The translations under genes were made by a program, and so were the position numbers. Shown one piece after another: positions 15,296-28,590 of a DNA stretch of 64,000 bases. Source of the DNA: Octopus vulgaris (lineage: Eukaryota); contig OX597818.1 of assembly GCA_951406725.2 (NCBI GenBank), forward strand, positions 79,050,001-79,114,000, given 5' to 3'. Under the pieces are notes generated by a model, which saw only the letters and a list, made by a program, of their open reading frames with translations, had not been told where the DNA came from and made no database searches. Every line of letters starts with the position of its first letter. Positions within the stretch are counted from its first letter, which is position 1.

Positions 15296-16378
15296 TGTTA
15301 CGCCGCACGCAGGCCTACGGTGCCACCACGGGACCTAACACAAACAGCCCGCGGTTTGCTGGCCAGAGAAGCTTGCGTGCGACGACGCTCAGTAAATCAG
15401 AAACCCACTCCGGACAGCGAAGCAGCGAAACGCAGCCAGTAGAGTCAACAACAACAACAAAAATAACACACAAGCGTTGCGTAGTCAAAGTTTTTATTTT
15501 TAACAAAACATTCAACAATTCTTTAGAAAGTTCTTTTTTTTTTCTTTCCTTAGTTCCTTAAAAAAAACACATTTAACATTTAACAACACAACGTTTTTCT
15601 CTTTCTTTTTTTTAGACATTCAACACCACAAAGTTTTTTTCTTTCCTTTCCTAAAACATTTAACACGAAAGTTCGTTTCCTTTAAAACACACAAAACACA
15701 TTTACCAGTAACATTTTCTTACTTACTCAGCCCACGCGTAGTATCTCGCTACCTCACTTGCCAGTCGTTCAGTTGCCAGTCGTCCAGACCCTGTCTCTTC
15801 CTCCAACTGTCCCTCGCAACTCAGCGACACCCGGATAAATGAAGCCGTCCAGCCAGAAAGAGAGGCATACCGCACGTAACAGTGCGCATCTCCCTTCCCA
15901 AAACCTTGTCATCCCTAAACTCTCCGTGACCGCAGAGGGCCAGAGGTCAAGTGCCTACGGCCACAAACAACCGCGCTCCCTGACAGGACAAAGGAAACAC
16001 AACCGACCTGAACAGCTGGAACGTCCTTCGGAGTTTTCTTTCCTCAGTCGAGTTCCAGATTATCTTTGCAATTTCGGCTGGTTATACTCTAGATTGCTCC
16101 AATCTGACCAGCCCCAAGGAAAAACTAAGCTAAGAGCACTAGATTCCTTGGAAGAAAGCATTCTCGCCCATCCTTAATTCTTCTATTCTTATGCTTCTAC
16201 CTCTCTCTCTTCTCTTCCCACGTAACTGGTGTTCGGTCAAGCCTGACCTTTCTTTCTTGGTCAACATCTATATTCTTCCTTGTGCCTGTCAAATCCCATG
16301 TCCCTGCCGTAAGGCTTTATTTCCACACATGCAGGCTTAATTTAATTCGCCCTTAATCGAAAGACACCCATTGTTACA
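15296..16378. mobile_element. Possible solo LTR
   Basis: About 1.08-kb GC-richer block bounded by TGTTAC...GTTACA; no TSD verified. Confidence 0.4.
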
Positions 16379-16721
16379 TCCTGTTACTCTCTCTTTTACT
16401 ATTTTACTTGTTTCAGTCATTTGACTGCGGCCATGCTGGAGCACCGCCTTTATTTCTTGTCTACCATTTCTCTGATTTTTTTCCCGTCCTTGTTTTCTTT
16501 GTATCGTTTGTCTGGATGTTTTGTTGTCCCTTTTTTGTATCACCTAATGGTCTGGATGCTTTGCGTCCTTGTCTCATTTTTGTATTATATATATGTATAT
16601 ATGTATATATGTATATATATATATATACATACATACATATATATATATACATGTATATATATATGTATATATATATATACACATATATATATATATATGT
16701 ATATATATATGTATATATATA

Positions 16722-16778
<57 letters not shown>

Positions 16779-17399
16779 GTATGTATGTATGTATGTATGT
16801 AGGTATGCATGTATGCATGTATGAGTATTTGAAGTGGTATATTGTATATTAAGGAAGCAGTCAGAATTTTGGATACTTGTTCATTAGTGCTTTTGTCTGT
16901 TCAATCGAACTCTTCAGATATAATGCACAGAATGTCTTCACCTTAATATATAAATCGAAAAGCGGATGTTGCTTTGTTTAGTTTAGAAGAGGAGAAAGAG
17001 AAAAGAGGGAGGAATGGAGGATGGGAAGAAACAGAGGAATTCAGACACAGGAGAGTAAAAGAAATCATGTAACTTGGGTTGGTCTTTGACTAATACGTGG
17101 TTGATACTAAATGACCTTTCACGATGTGAATTTTGTTTTTGGAGAAAGGGACGAAGTGAGAAAGTCAGGAAAGCAAGGGAAAGCAAGGGAAAGAATCGAA
17201 AATGGAAAGAGTGACAGAGAAAAAGAGGCTTCTTTTCAATTATAAGGTATCGATGATATCAATTATATTGCATCGATTGTTGAAATTTAATTACAATTCA
17301 AGATGTCATTCTCGATTCAGCCATTATTTTTGAAAGTCTCTCTTTCTCTCTCTCTCTTTTTTCTCTTATTATATACAAATTAACATTTTCAGAATTGAA

Positions 17400-18197
17400 A
17401 AGGTGATTCTTAAGTAAGTACACAGTTATAAAGTTGAAATAAATCTGAAAAATCCAATGTTAGCTGAAATGGAAGACTGGAAGCCATCAGAATATTGGAA
17501 AAGATTTGCCTGGATCATGATGACTTGTACTGGGTATCAAAATGGCGATATCATGTTTGGTGCTCATGTCACGTCTTACCACCTCTGTAAATGTGGTAAG
17601 ACGTGACATGGACCAAGTTTCCCCAAACTGTGATAGTCTTTCAGTGTGTCCCCAGTGAGGGTCACGTCATACTGCCCCACGTCCTTGATCAGAGCCTCAG
17701 GTTTCCTTCAGATGGCTATGTGATACTTCTGCAGAATGTAGTCAAACTCTGGCTAGAGTGAGTTGCTGCTGGAAGGCCATATGTGTGGCAGCAGGATTTG
17801 GGACCGTTGCCATACCTCCGGCAATAGTTAGAAGTAGTTGTCAGAGAATTTCTACGACTTTAGCAACCCCAATATTTAGCCTCCTAATTCCCGCTCTTGT
17901 AATCCCATGGATTGCGGTTGAGAATGAAAACCACCCTTCCTGCAGCACTAACGCCGAGCTTGTATCCAAGATGAACGAAACGTTCGAAGAAATTCCTAGG
18001 AACACGGTGAGGAATGCATGCAGCGTGTTTCAGAGACACTTTGAGGCAGTGGTGAAAGCTGAGGGAGGCTATTTTGAGTAAACTATTATCTCCCAGCCAT
18101 AGTCTAGTTGATTCTTCTTGATGCTTTAAATTATTATCTTTGTAGGATGGTATATTGTGTTTTTTACCTTTTATACAAATTTTGTCCGAACACTGTA
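17400..18197 (+). mobile_element. Tc1/mariner transposase remnant
   Basis: SPNC..., PPNSP-like and FQRHFEAVVKAEGGYFE C-terminus; right TIR-like ...ttgtccgaacactg-TA. Confidence 0.7.
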
Positions 18198-18201
18198 TAC
18201 A

Positions 18202-18295
<94 letters not shown>

Positions 18296-18298
18296 TAT

Positions 18299-18581
18299 CA
18301 CGTGATCACGTGACGGACCAGTCCATTAGATGTAGTTACATATCGCTTGTCACAATGCGTTCGCATTGTTTTAGCCTTCGAAGATGCCACCCCGCTGGCT
18401 AAGCGAGCAGGCCAACAGAAGAAAGAGTGGTGAAAAAATACAGCAGGGATCACCAACCCCTGCCGGAGACTCGTGGAGCTTTTAGGTGTTTTCGCTCAAT
18501 AAACACTCACAACGCTCGGTCTGGGAATCGAAACCGCGATCCTACGACCGCGAGTCCACTGCCCTAACCACTGGGCCATTA

Positions 18582-18586
<5 letters not shown>
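18299..18586 (-). mobile_element. tRNA(Arg)-like SINE family D
   Basis: Head ggcgtaatggcccagtggttagggcagtggactcgcgg...ggtttcgattccc; second copy at 62595. Confidence 0.85.
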
Positions 18587-18617
<31 letters not shown>

Positions 18618-18640
18618 CACACACACACACACACACACAT

Positions 18641-18682
<42 letters not shown>

Positions 18683-19042
18683 GTTAAAGTTAGGGCGTAT
18701 AAACACGAGACAAGTAGTTTTGATTCTTCCCTGTGTATACGTTTAACTCTAGGTTGGAACTGCTGAGGAAGATCAAACCTAGTGAGTTCTCCAATTGGTC
18801 CAGGAAACTAGATGGTAAAGAATTTTCATTTTAAAATTTATTCCTGTCGAATTTTATCCCAAATTTTTGTGGTTATAGAACCTAACCGTTCTTTCTAGCG
18901 TGCAGATCCCTATAAGTGGATTCCTTATGCGTTTAAATATACACTATATGGTATGACTAATATATAGTCTGTTTGACTAAATTTTTTACACGTTAGACCA
19001 CTGGAAATGTAAATTTTAATTAATTTCCATTTACCTTTGATA

Positions 19043-19084
<42 letters not shown>

Positions 19085-20125
19085 GTGTGTGTGTGTGTGT
19101 TTTGTATGTGAAGAGAGAGGGAGAGAGATAGAATATATGTGCTGTGTAATGTGCTACTTAAGGGAGGTCCAAGTTCCCCAATCCATTCATACATCCAGTG
19201 CTATACGACACGAGTTATCAAACTATGCAATAGGCTAGAGTGTGAAATACGAGCCATATAATATTATCAATAAAATACTGAAAGCATATATGCCATTGTT
19301 TAAGAACCTCCTTTATACTAGGATAGATTTGCAGTGTTATCTGCGAAGTTTGTTTTGAAAAGACACTTTTCTTGTAAGTAGAAATCTGTATCTTTCACAG
19401 ACCTTTTTGCTTTAAAACCTATATTTTGTTAGAAGACTTTTTTATCACCATAGTTTAACAGTTTTAGAGAAAAATATTTTATGTTGAATTAGCGTTGTTT
19501 GTTACCATTAATTTATCATATGCTAACAGAAGGTGTATTATCTTCGAAGAGATGGCACATAAGAAAGAAATTCCATCGACGATCCAGAAAGCTATTCAAG
19601 TAGTTGGAAGCGTCGGCATCAATCTGCTGCAGGTCAGAGAAATCTGTCTCTCCCTCAAACTGAATGTCTACAATGTTTTTTGTTCTCTTTAAAATGTTGT
19701 CTGGTTGTGAGACATGAATGAACAGCCTTTCACAAATACATCGCACATATTGCTATCAGGAACGTTAAAGGAGAACAATGAGAACCTGACGTCTAACCCA
19801 ATATCAGTTCAAATTCCGGTTATACAAACTTCTATCATCTTGACTGATATATATGAGTGGTGCTAACATAAAAAGCTCGTTTACTGGCTCTAGTAACAAG
19901 TACTAGTGCAACAAAATAGTTTTGAGCTGAGTAATGCTTGCAATGCATATAGGCCATCTTGGACGCAGAAAGGCCTTTGCTCCTCCTCTTAAGACTGGTA
20001 GTCGATACCCTACGTGCAGCCGTATCTGCATGCCTTATTTTGGTAACAGACGTCATAAAATAAATCAATGTTTATTTTCTACACACACATACACTTATAT
20101 ATATATGTGTGTACATATTTATATA

Positions 20126-20159
<34 letters not shown>

Positions 20160-20160
20160 C

Positions 20161-20226
<66 letters not shown>

Positions 20227-20388
20227 GTGTGTGTGATTGTGTATAGAAGAATATATTAATAAAAAGAATTCCAACCTTGTCTGATTTTCACGTTTTATTT
20301 ACAATCTTATAATGATATATTATAAGATAATATATTATAATTGAATAAAATAAAATGAAATAGTAGAATGTTAAATATTCATTCTGAT

Positions 20389-20433
20389 TGAACTAGTACT
20401 TTCATGCATTGAATTCTGCAATCTTCGGGTTCA
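20389..20433 (-). ncRNA. Minimal type-I hammerhead (U4C variant)
   Basis: tgaac CCGAAGA T TGCA-gaattcaa-TGCA T GAAA GTAC TA gttca. Confidence 0.75.
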
Positions 20434-20927
20434 TGTAGTAGTGTTGACAGTCATGCTTCACAATTTTTGACTGTAGCAAGATTAGTGATTCTGTGCTATA
20501 AATACAGCTGGGTAGGCTCCAGAGTGCTAGGTTTTGCAAACTGTATTCTGACCAATCAGTGTGTAGTATCACTCAATTACTTAAGCTGATTGGTTGGTTG
20601 AGCTGATTGGTTTAGGCATCACGCTTTGTTGGACAGGTCAAGAGTCCTGTATCTTGACCCTGGCCGAAGCAGCAATTGTTGGGTTATTTTTAGAAATGTT
20701 GTAAATATCCTTTGTCAGAGATTTTTATATTTTTATATTTCAATTGTCATCATCATCATTGTCAGCACCTTAATTATTGTTGCTAGTGGTGATGGTGGTG
20801 GCAATAGAACTTTTAACCCTAAATAAGATAATTTTCCTGCTATCTTCGTCTTGATCACCTTTAGTATTGTTGTTGTTGTTAGTGGTCATGGTCGTAGCAG
20901 TGGAAGTAATACCTCTAAGTATTATTA

Positions 20928-21638
20928 TTATTGCTTATTTAGCTTGGGTTCGAATTTATCAATAAAATTCTTTTCTCTGATTTTCCTCTCGATTTCACTT
21001 GGGCTGTGTAATTTGTAGAATGGAAATATTATATATATTTTCCGACCACATGTTGCTAGGTGGTTACTCAAAGGTATCTGACGGACCTCTGGGTCTCTAA
21101 TCTGTTGCCGGTGTACACGTGAGCGTTCTAATAGTGCGTTTCCCGTCTGACCTACATATATTTCTTCACAATTTGGGCATTTGATGCAGTAAATTAAATT
21201 TCTGCTTTTGCAGTTCATATTCGCGTTTGTGAATATTTTCCCGGTTTTTGTGTTTATATATTGACCGGTATGTATGAATTGGCATGTGCCACATCGGCTA
21301 TCATTGAATTTAGATACCGTGAATGTTTGGTCTTTGTTGCTGAGGTCAAATTTTGCCTTTGTTAGTAATGTTTTCAAGTTTTTAGGCTGTCTTTTACTAA
21401 GCACCATAGCTCGATCCTTGATTATGTCTTTTAATTCATTACTTTGGGCAATGATTGGTAGGTTTGCTTTGGCAATGTTGAAGATATTCTGGTGACATGG
21501 GTTGTGTGTCACTATGAATGGTATGACTTGTTCTTGTTTTCCTCTTCCTTGGGTTGTCCTAAGTTGTTGTATAGGTATTTTTATAGCCCGCTGTATGCCA
21601 TTTTCTATAAGTAGAGATGGGTATTTTTGTTTGAGCAA
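20928..21638 (-). CDS. PLE RT C-terminus/linker plus GIY-YIG endonuclease (partial)
   Basis: NLIY...YVGQT motif. Confidence 0.9.
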   Translation of the reverse strand: MLKQKYPSLLIENGIQRAIKIPIQQLRTTQGRGKQEQVIPFIVTHNPCHQNIFNIAKANLPIIAQSNELKDIIKDRAMVLSKRQPKNLKTLLTKAKFDLSNKDQTFTVSKFNDSRCGTCQFIHTGQYINTKTGKIFTNANMNCKSRNLIYCIKCPNCEEIYVGQTGNALLERSRVHRQQIRDPEVRQIPLSNHLATCGRKIYIIFPFYKLHSPSEIERKIREKNFIDKFEPKLNKQ

Positions 21639-21662
21639 AAATTCTCTTATATATATATATAC

Positions 21663-21688
<26 letters not shown>

Positions 21689-21695
<7 letters not shown>

Positions 21696-22573
21696 AGAAA
21701 ATAGTAAAGTGTGAAAAAACGACAGAAGGCTTAAATGTTAAAAAATATATATATTTGTGTCAAAATGTCTGGAGAATATTGGAAAAATTTTTTTTTTTTT
21801 TTTTCCTTTCCTTAAAATGACATAATTTTAAAATTTTTTAAAGAAACTACCGGTTTCGCGTGTAGCTTTTCAAATTTCTTGTGACGTTATGTTTATATTG
21901 CATGGAATTATCGTTGTTTTTATTTCAGGAGATTTCTAAATAAGGGGAGGTAGTGAGTGATTTTTCCGGTGTAGGGGAGATAATCGCTTAAAAAATTTTT
22001 TTCCCTTTTTCCTTGTTAATTTCTCTGTGTCAGTATGTTCGGATGGTTGAGTCTGGGTTTGTACTTTTCAATGAAGAATGTTTCCTTGTTCAGTCTCATT
22101 TGTGTTGATGATCCGAAAGCACATTGGTGCTACCAATGTGCTTTCGGATCATCAACACAAATGAGACTGAACAAGGAAACATTCTTCATTGAAAAGTACA
22201 AACCCAGACTCAACTATCCGAACATACTGACACAGAGAAATTAACAAGGAAAAGGGAAAAAAATTTTAAGCGATTATCTCCCCTACACCGGAAAAAATCA
22301 CTCACTACCTCCCCTTATTTAGAAATCTCCTGGAAATAAAAACAACGATAATTCCATGCAATATAAACATAACGTCACAAGAAATTTGAAAAGCTACACG
22401 CGAAACCGGTAATTTCTTTAAAAAATTTTAAAATTATGTCATTTTAAGGAAAGGGAAAAAAAAAAAAAAAAAATTTTTTCCAATATTCTCCAGACATTTT
22501 GACACAAATATATATATTTTTTAACATTTAAGCCTTCTGTCGTTTTTTCACACTTTACTATTTTCTTATATAT
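21689..22573. mobile_element. Near-perfect 885-bp palindrome of a PLE 3' end
   Basis: Arms 21689-22128 and 22132-22573 with a 3-nt spacer; each arm encodes the GIY-YIG tail RLNKETFFIEKYKPRLN*. Confidence 0.9.
22379..22418 (+). ncRNA. Minimal hammerhead, U3-A8 core (mirror copy 21841-21880 on minus)
   Basis: aagaaat TTGAAAA GC-tacac-GC GAAA CCGG TA atttctt. Confidence 0.8.
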
Positions 22574-22606
22574 TCACCCACGTGCTTTACCAAACAAACT
22601 TTCTTA

Positions 22607-22665
<59 letters not shown>

Positions 22666-22666
<1 letters not shown>

Positions 22667-22920
22667 CTAGCAACTAAGCCCCGTTTCACCCGGTCGGTTT
22701 AGATGATGTGGCTGTAAATCCTGCTCTGTGTAAGCATTCGACTTGTTTGGGCACGCTTATGTTAAAAGACAATTTTAGAATAACTTTTTTCTGTCAAAAC
22801 GCTAAAAATAACTGACCCCAAAAAAAAACAACCAAGATTCAACCAGATCAAAAAATAAACCCAAATACTAAGCGAACAAACGTGAACCATTTCACATCCA
22901 TTGCGTGCGCACACGCACAC

Positions 22921-22951
<31 letters not shown>

Positions 22952-23330
22952 AACGAACATACACACACGCACACACACATTCATATACCCCCTTTTATAT
23001 ACGTACACATATATTCACACACAGTTGAAATGCTATTTGATTTATTTTTCAGCTTACAATTTTCATCATCCCACTACCAAATATGACATCACCCCTTCCT
23101 TTCTTATTCATCTATCACCCCTTCCTTTATCATTCATAAACACAATGTTATTATTATTATCATAATACATTATCTCGATAACCATGGGAGCTATGAAAAA
23201 AAACAAGACCCAGCATCACTACTGATCATTCTACGCATCTGTGTAATTTTTCGGACAATTCCACCCAGCCGTTTGACCGTGAATCCCAAGACAAGAAAGA
23301 ATCACCTATGTCAAATTTATATTTATATAT
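22666..23330 (-). mobile_element. Non-autonomous Helitron-like element
   Basis: Minus-strand end ccgggtgaaacggg...gCTAGT; internal (CA)n. Confidence 0.5.
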
Positions 23331-23341
23331 TTGTGTATGTA

Positions 23342-23383
<42 letters not shown>

Positions 23384-25494
23384 CGTGCGTAAATCAAATA
23401 GAAACATAGATTTTCCATATAGCTCATGATGCTTTTATGGTGTATAAGTGACCGTAATCACAACATTCACCCTATAAGGGGCACTGATCTGTGGCAAAAA
23501 TTTCAAGAGCCGGCAATTTTGAAGGGAAGGAGCAAGACGATTACATCTACCCCAGTACTTGACTGGCACTTCATTTTACCGACCTTGAACGGTTAAAGGG
23601 CAAATTCGACCTCGGTGCGTTTTGAACTAAGAACGTAAAGAGTAGGAAGAAATGCTGCGAACCATTTTGTCCGAGATTCTAAAGATTCTAGCAGTTCGCC
23701 GCCTTATACTATTCTTAACTGTTAAACCATCATATCTAAACAACAGTGATGTTAATATCAGTTCAGCTTCTAAATGAAAAAGCTGTCAATATATTATTTA
23801 CTTTATGTCCAAGTTTCAAATCCTGTTAGTTATGATTTGGTCATTGGTAAATTTTCAGTCAGTAAAATTAAGTATCAATCAAGTATTGAGATCGATATTA
23901 ACAAGTGTTTAATCAATCAAAGTTTGTCGCCATTAGACGTAAGTTTATAATAAATGTTTACAAATACCTCAAAGTAATTTAATTGACTACAAGTGTACAA
24001 AGTAGTGTTGACTGAAACAGAGGTATATACAATTATAATTAACACGTTCGTGTGCACACAAATGTGGAAAGATATTTGCTGCTGAAATTGTCTCACGAAA
24101 GAAAGTTAATGAGTGCGAAACACAAAGCACTGGGCTGTAAATGATCATATCGGACAGCAGGACACATGTTTTTATGTCGTTGCGCCTCATCACCTACTGA
24201 TATTTAAAATGTCGTTCATAGATTTAAACAACAAATAATACAATTACTGATAAGCGCGAGATTTTGTCAAGCTAGAATTAATTAATTAAATTAATTAATT
24301 AGAGGCTCACTGAGCAACGTTGACTGAAATATATTAATTTCTCTCCCGAGACTACTTCGCAGATGAAGTATTTTCACGTTTGAGTAACATGAGCATGTTA
24401 AATATAATTAAAACATTTCCAAAGTATTTGTTCTTCCTTCTATAAATTCTGGCTTCAAACTTAATGTCACAATGATAAAAATACAAGTCACTTTGACAAG
24501 TATTGATTTATTTTGACTGGGAAAAGGGGCTTTGATGGAGTAGAATCAATTTTGTGACGTTTATGCTTTGCCAAAACATTTGTAAGTGACTGAGGATTAA
24601 TAGTAAAATTCGAAATCTTTTCGGAATGAGCACATATCAAATTCGAATATTAAGTCGAATAAAGAGACTGTATAAAATTAATTCAAATGAAAACATATTG
24701 ACAAATATTTATATATTTTTTGACTGAGGTAAAACGGGGATATTTTCTGTATTTTCTGGAGTAAAATCAATTTTATGCTGTTCATTCTTTGCCAAGGCAT
24801 TCGGCAAGTGATTGAGAGGTGTTCGTAAGATTTGAAATTGTCGCAGAATGAGTGCATATCAAAACAGAATATGAAAAGAGACAATGGAATTAATTCAAAT
24901 GAGAACAGTACACAGTTCTTTACATTGTTGTATTTAAGATACTGTAAAACACAATGACTACAGTTAAATTTGAAATAAAAATAATAAACAACATTCAACA
25001 TGACAGGAAAGCAACGTGAACAATGAAAAACTGGAAATAACTGCTAGTTTGAGTAGGAACAAAAAAGAAAACTGGTGATGCTAGAAGTGGTAATCAAACC
25101 TAACAAATGAACAAATCAATCAAGCAGAAGAATAAAACATTACTGAAAAATTATTTGAATAAAATAAAGAAAAGAAAAATAAAGAACCGAATACTGAGGC
25201 TGTTTATACGGCGAAATACTGCGAAAATCACTATAAAAATTTTAAAAAGACGAGTATGAAAATGTTGATGCGTGATGCTGCAAAATCACCAACTTCCTCC
25301 CACAAAATGACAAATAAAAACCAAAAACCAAAAAAAAAAATAAAGAAGGCATTACAATTGACCATACAATATGACATCATGTTAATTAAATTATAACACA
25401 AAGTAGTTAAGCCTGAACATGATGAATATTATTTTCATTCCTCAAAGATGCCTGTAAATTTGTGGTGACATGTGCATAAAACAATAATATTTTC

Positions 25495-25945
25495 TAGTAA
25501 AGGCACAAGGCCTTAAATATTGAGGGATGGCACTAGTCAATTACATCAACCCCTGTGTCTCACTGGTGCTTAATTTATCAACCCCGAAAACATGGAAAGC
25601 AAAGTCGACAATGGCGGAATTTGAACACTGAACGCTAAGCATTTGAAATGCCATTAAACATTTTGCTCAGTGTGCTAAAAATTCTGCCAGCTCGCCGCCT
25701 TAGTAATAACAACAACAACAATAATAATAAAGGTTTCAAACTTTGTTACAAGGGCAGCAATATTGGAGGAGGGAATGAGTCGATTACATCGACCCCAGTG
25801 TTCAACTGGTACTTATTTTATTGATACCGAAAGGAGGAAAGGCAAAGTCAACTTCGGTGGAATTTGAACTCAGAACGTAAAGACGGACGAAATGCCGCTA
25901 AGCGTTTTGCACGGTGAGCTAACGATTCTACCAGCTCGCCGCCCT
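25495..25945 (-). mobile_element. Two adjacent SINE family B copies (others at 10141-10298, 23491-23705, 33943-34156)
   Basis: Mutual homology. Confidence 0.8.
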
Positions 25946-26023
25946 AGTAATAAGAGCAAAAAACAACAGCAACAAGAATTATTATTATTATGACGATAAT
26001 AATAATAATAATAATAATAATAA

Positions 26024-26577
26024 ATGCCCTTATGTAATACCAAGCACTGGCTCTCATGTCTGATCTTACCAGATTGAAAGTGTTATCATGTACATGTTTT
26101 GCATTGGTATAAAAGATAGGTTACAGCAAATATTCTGCTCAATACCTCAGATTAGCTTGTCACTTGTTTGACTGTAACCAGTTGAGTATATCCCTTAGTA
26201 GCTGACGATATGTACTTTTCTGATGATAAGCAGATGTAATGGGGGAGCATCATAGCCATGCGTTGAGTGGAATTCTTTGGGGTTTTAATAATTCACCTCT
26301 GGAAACATGAGTGTTTCGTTCAACATCCTTAAACAACCTATATTCAGGAAACTTTTGAGCAGGATGGGCTGCTCGACTTGAAGAAAATTGTAACTGGGCC
26401 TCATCTGCAAGGTCTTGTGTGGTTTATCGTGATATGAGATCACCATGTCTCACAAATATGGTTGTGATGCATGTGCCTGGCGTGCCCTTATCCGACGGGT
26501 AGTCATAATGGCTATACTGGTCTTCGTATTTTTGTACCCGAGTGTCACTTTGATAGCATGCGCTGATCTCTCACTCA
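26024..26577. repeat. About 555-bp (AAT)n-flanked dispersed repeat, copy 1
   Basis: Homologous to 26871-27426 and 30835-31355. Confidence 0.85.
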
Positions 26578-26778
26578 ATAATGATAATGATATTTTCACC
26601 TTTTTCTTTCTTTATTTTTCCCTTTTTATCTACCACATATCTTGACTTTGTAAATGAACAATCGTTTTTTTTTGTTATTTTAATGGCTTACCAATGTAGG
26701 CAGTGAGTGTATTTACCTTAGGTGTCGGGAAGACACCAAGCAAAAAATAGAAGCAAAATAATGACAAAATAATAATAA

Positions 26779-26861
<83 letters not shown>

Positions 26862-26870
26862 TAATAATAA

Positions 26871-27425
26871 ATGCCCTGATGCAGTACCAGGCAGTGGCTC
26901 TCATGGCTTCTCATCTTAACTGATTGGAAGTGTCATCATGTACATTGTTTTGTCTTGGTATAAAAGATGGGCTACAGCAAATATTCTGCTCAATACCACA
27001 GATTTGCTTGTCATTTGTTTGACCTTAACCATTTGAGCATGTCCCTTAGTGGCTGACGATATGTGCATCTCTGATCACGAGCAGAAGTAGTGGGGGAGCA
27101 TCATAGCCATGTGTTGAGAGGGATTCTTTGGGGTTTGAATAGTTCACCTCTGGAAACATAGGTGGTTCTTTCAACATCCTTAAACAACCCTTATTCAGGG
27201 ACCTTTTGAGCGGGATGGGCTACTCGACCTGAAGAAAATTCTAACTGGGCCCTCCTGCAAGGTCATGCGCTGTTTACATTGATATGAGATCACCATGTCG
27301 CGCACATATGGTTGTGATGCATGTGCCTGGTGTACCCTTATCAGACGGGTAGTCATGATGGGTATATTGGGCTTCGTATATTTTACCCCAGTGTCACTTT
27401 GATGGCATGAACTGCTCTCTCACTC

Positions 27426-27426
<1 letters not shown>
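26871..27426. repeat. About 555-bp (AAT)n-flanked dispersed repeat, copy 2
   Basis: atgccctgatgcagtacc...ctctctcactca. Confidence 0.85.
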
Positions 27427-27459
<33 letters not shown>

Positions 27460-27469
27460 GTGATGACTT

Positions 27470-28510
27470 ATCAAGGAACTATGCCCAAAAAGCGATATTG
27501 ATACACTGTATGTTCCCAGGAAAAATGGAGAAAGCGCCCGCATAAGATGCACAAATGTACGTTGTCAACGAGGAGAACAATCTGGCATGGTACATCAAAC
27601 AGCAGAGTGAATACTTGCCTGGAAAATGAAAAGATGCATTGTCAATACCTCAGAGAAATTGAAGAGATAAACAAGACCAACATTTGGAGATGGCTAAGAA
27701 AATGTGATCTGAAAGGATACACTGAGGCATTGATATGCAGCGGCCAGGAACAAGCTCTGAGAACTAATTGCACCAAGTTCCAAATATATAAGAGCAGCGA
27801 ATCGCCCCTTTGTAGGAAGTGTGGCAGCAAAAAAGGAAACAATCTTACATATTGTCAATGAGTGTAGCAACCTGGGCCAAAAGTACTACAAAAGGACGTA
27901 CGGTAACGTGGCTAAGTTTGTACAGTGGAGACTGAAAAGCACGATCTGGGCTGAGCACGGAAATGGTACTAACATGATCTAGGGGGCGGGCGTCACTGAG
28001 AACGATGTGGCGTTTTACAATCCATTGTGACTATCTATCGATGCTTGGAGACAAGATATTTTTCTAATAGATAAAAAGACAAAAGGAAACCAAAATCATA
28101 GATATTGCCATACCCGGTGATGCGCGCGTAGATGGCAAAGAGCTGGAAAAGATGGAGAAAGACAGACTACTAAAAGATGAAATTGCAAGAATGTAGGCAA
28201 TGAGGAGAATAACTGTTATCCCAGAAGTAGGGGCACTCGGAACACTAACAACCAGGTTCGAGAAATATGTCGGAGAAATTGATATTGAGATGATGGCAGA
28301 GCAGGCCCAAAAAAACTGCTCTGATGCGGTCAGCTAGGATTTTGAGATTAATGCACATGTTGTGTGTCTTCCACGCTAAGTTAACATCTAAGAGCCAAAG
28401 CTTATAATGTGAGGAAAGAGACCCTGTGGGACCTGTGACAACACGTTGCTATCCGCACTCACAGAATCATGCATACTAAGTCAGTCCTAGAATTCTGAGG
28501 TTTAAGATCA
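27470..28510 (+). pseudogene. Degenerate Dong/R4-type LINE, 3' part
   Basis: PKSDIDTLYVPR; WRWLRKCDLKGYTEALICSGQEQALRTN...CRKCG. Confidence 0.85.
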
Positions 28511-28515
28511 TGATG

Positions 28516-28546
<31 letters not shown>

Positions 28547-28551
28547 TAACG

Positions 28552-28588
<37 letters not shown>

Positions 28589-28590
28589 TA

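Larger units (their letters stand above)
20240..21645 (-). mobile_element. 5'-truncated Penelope-like element between (TA)n tracts
   Basis: ORF 20928-21638 has CGTC, CKSRNLIYCIKCPNCEEIYVGQTG...RVHRQQI...LSNHL...REKNFIDKFEPKLN (GIY-YIG). Confidence 0.92.

Noticed and set aside
16885-16922. Minus-strand CTGAAGA GTTC-gatt-GAAC
   Set aside because: No GAAA, stem III or stem I.
18500-18586. tRNA-Arg gene
   Set aside because: No proper acceptor stem; it continues into a SINE body and recurs at 62595.
19155-19995. Kolobok-like TTAA-flanked element
   Set aside because: TIR match is weak and there is no identifiable transposase motif.
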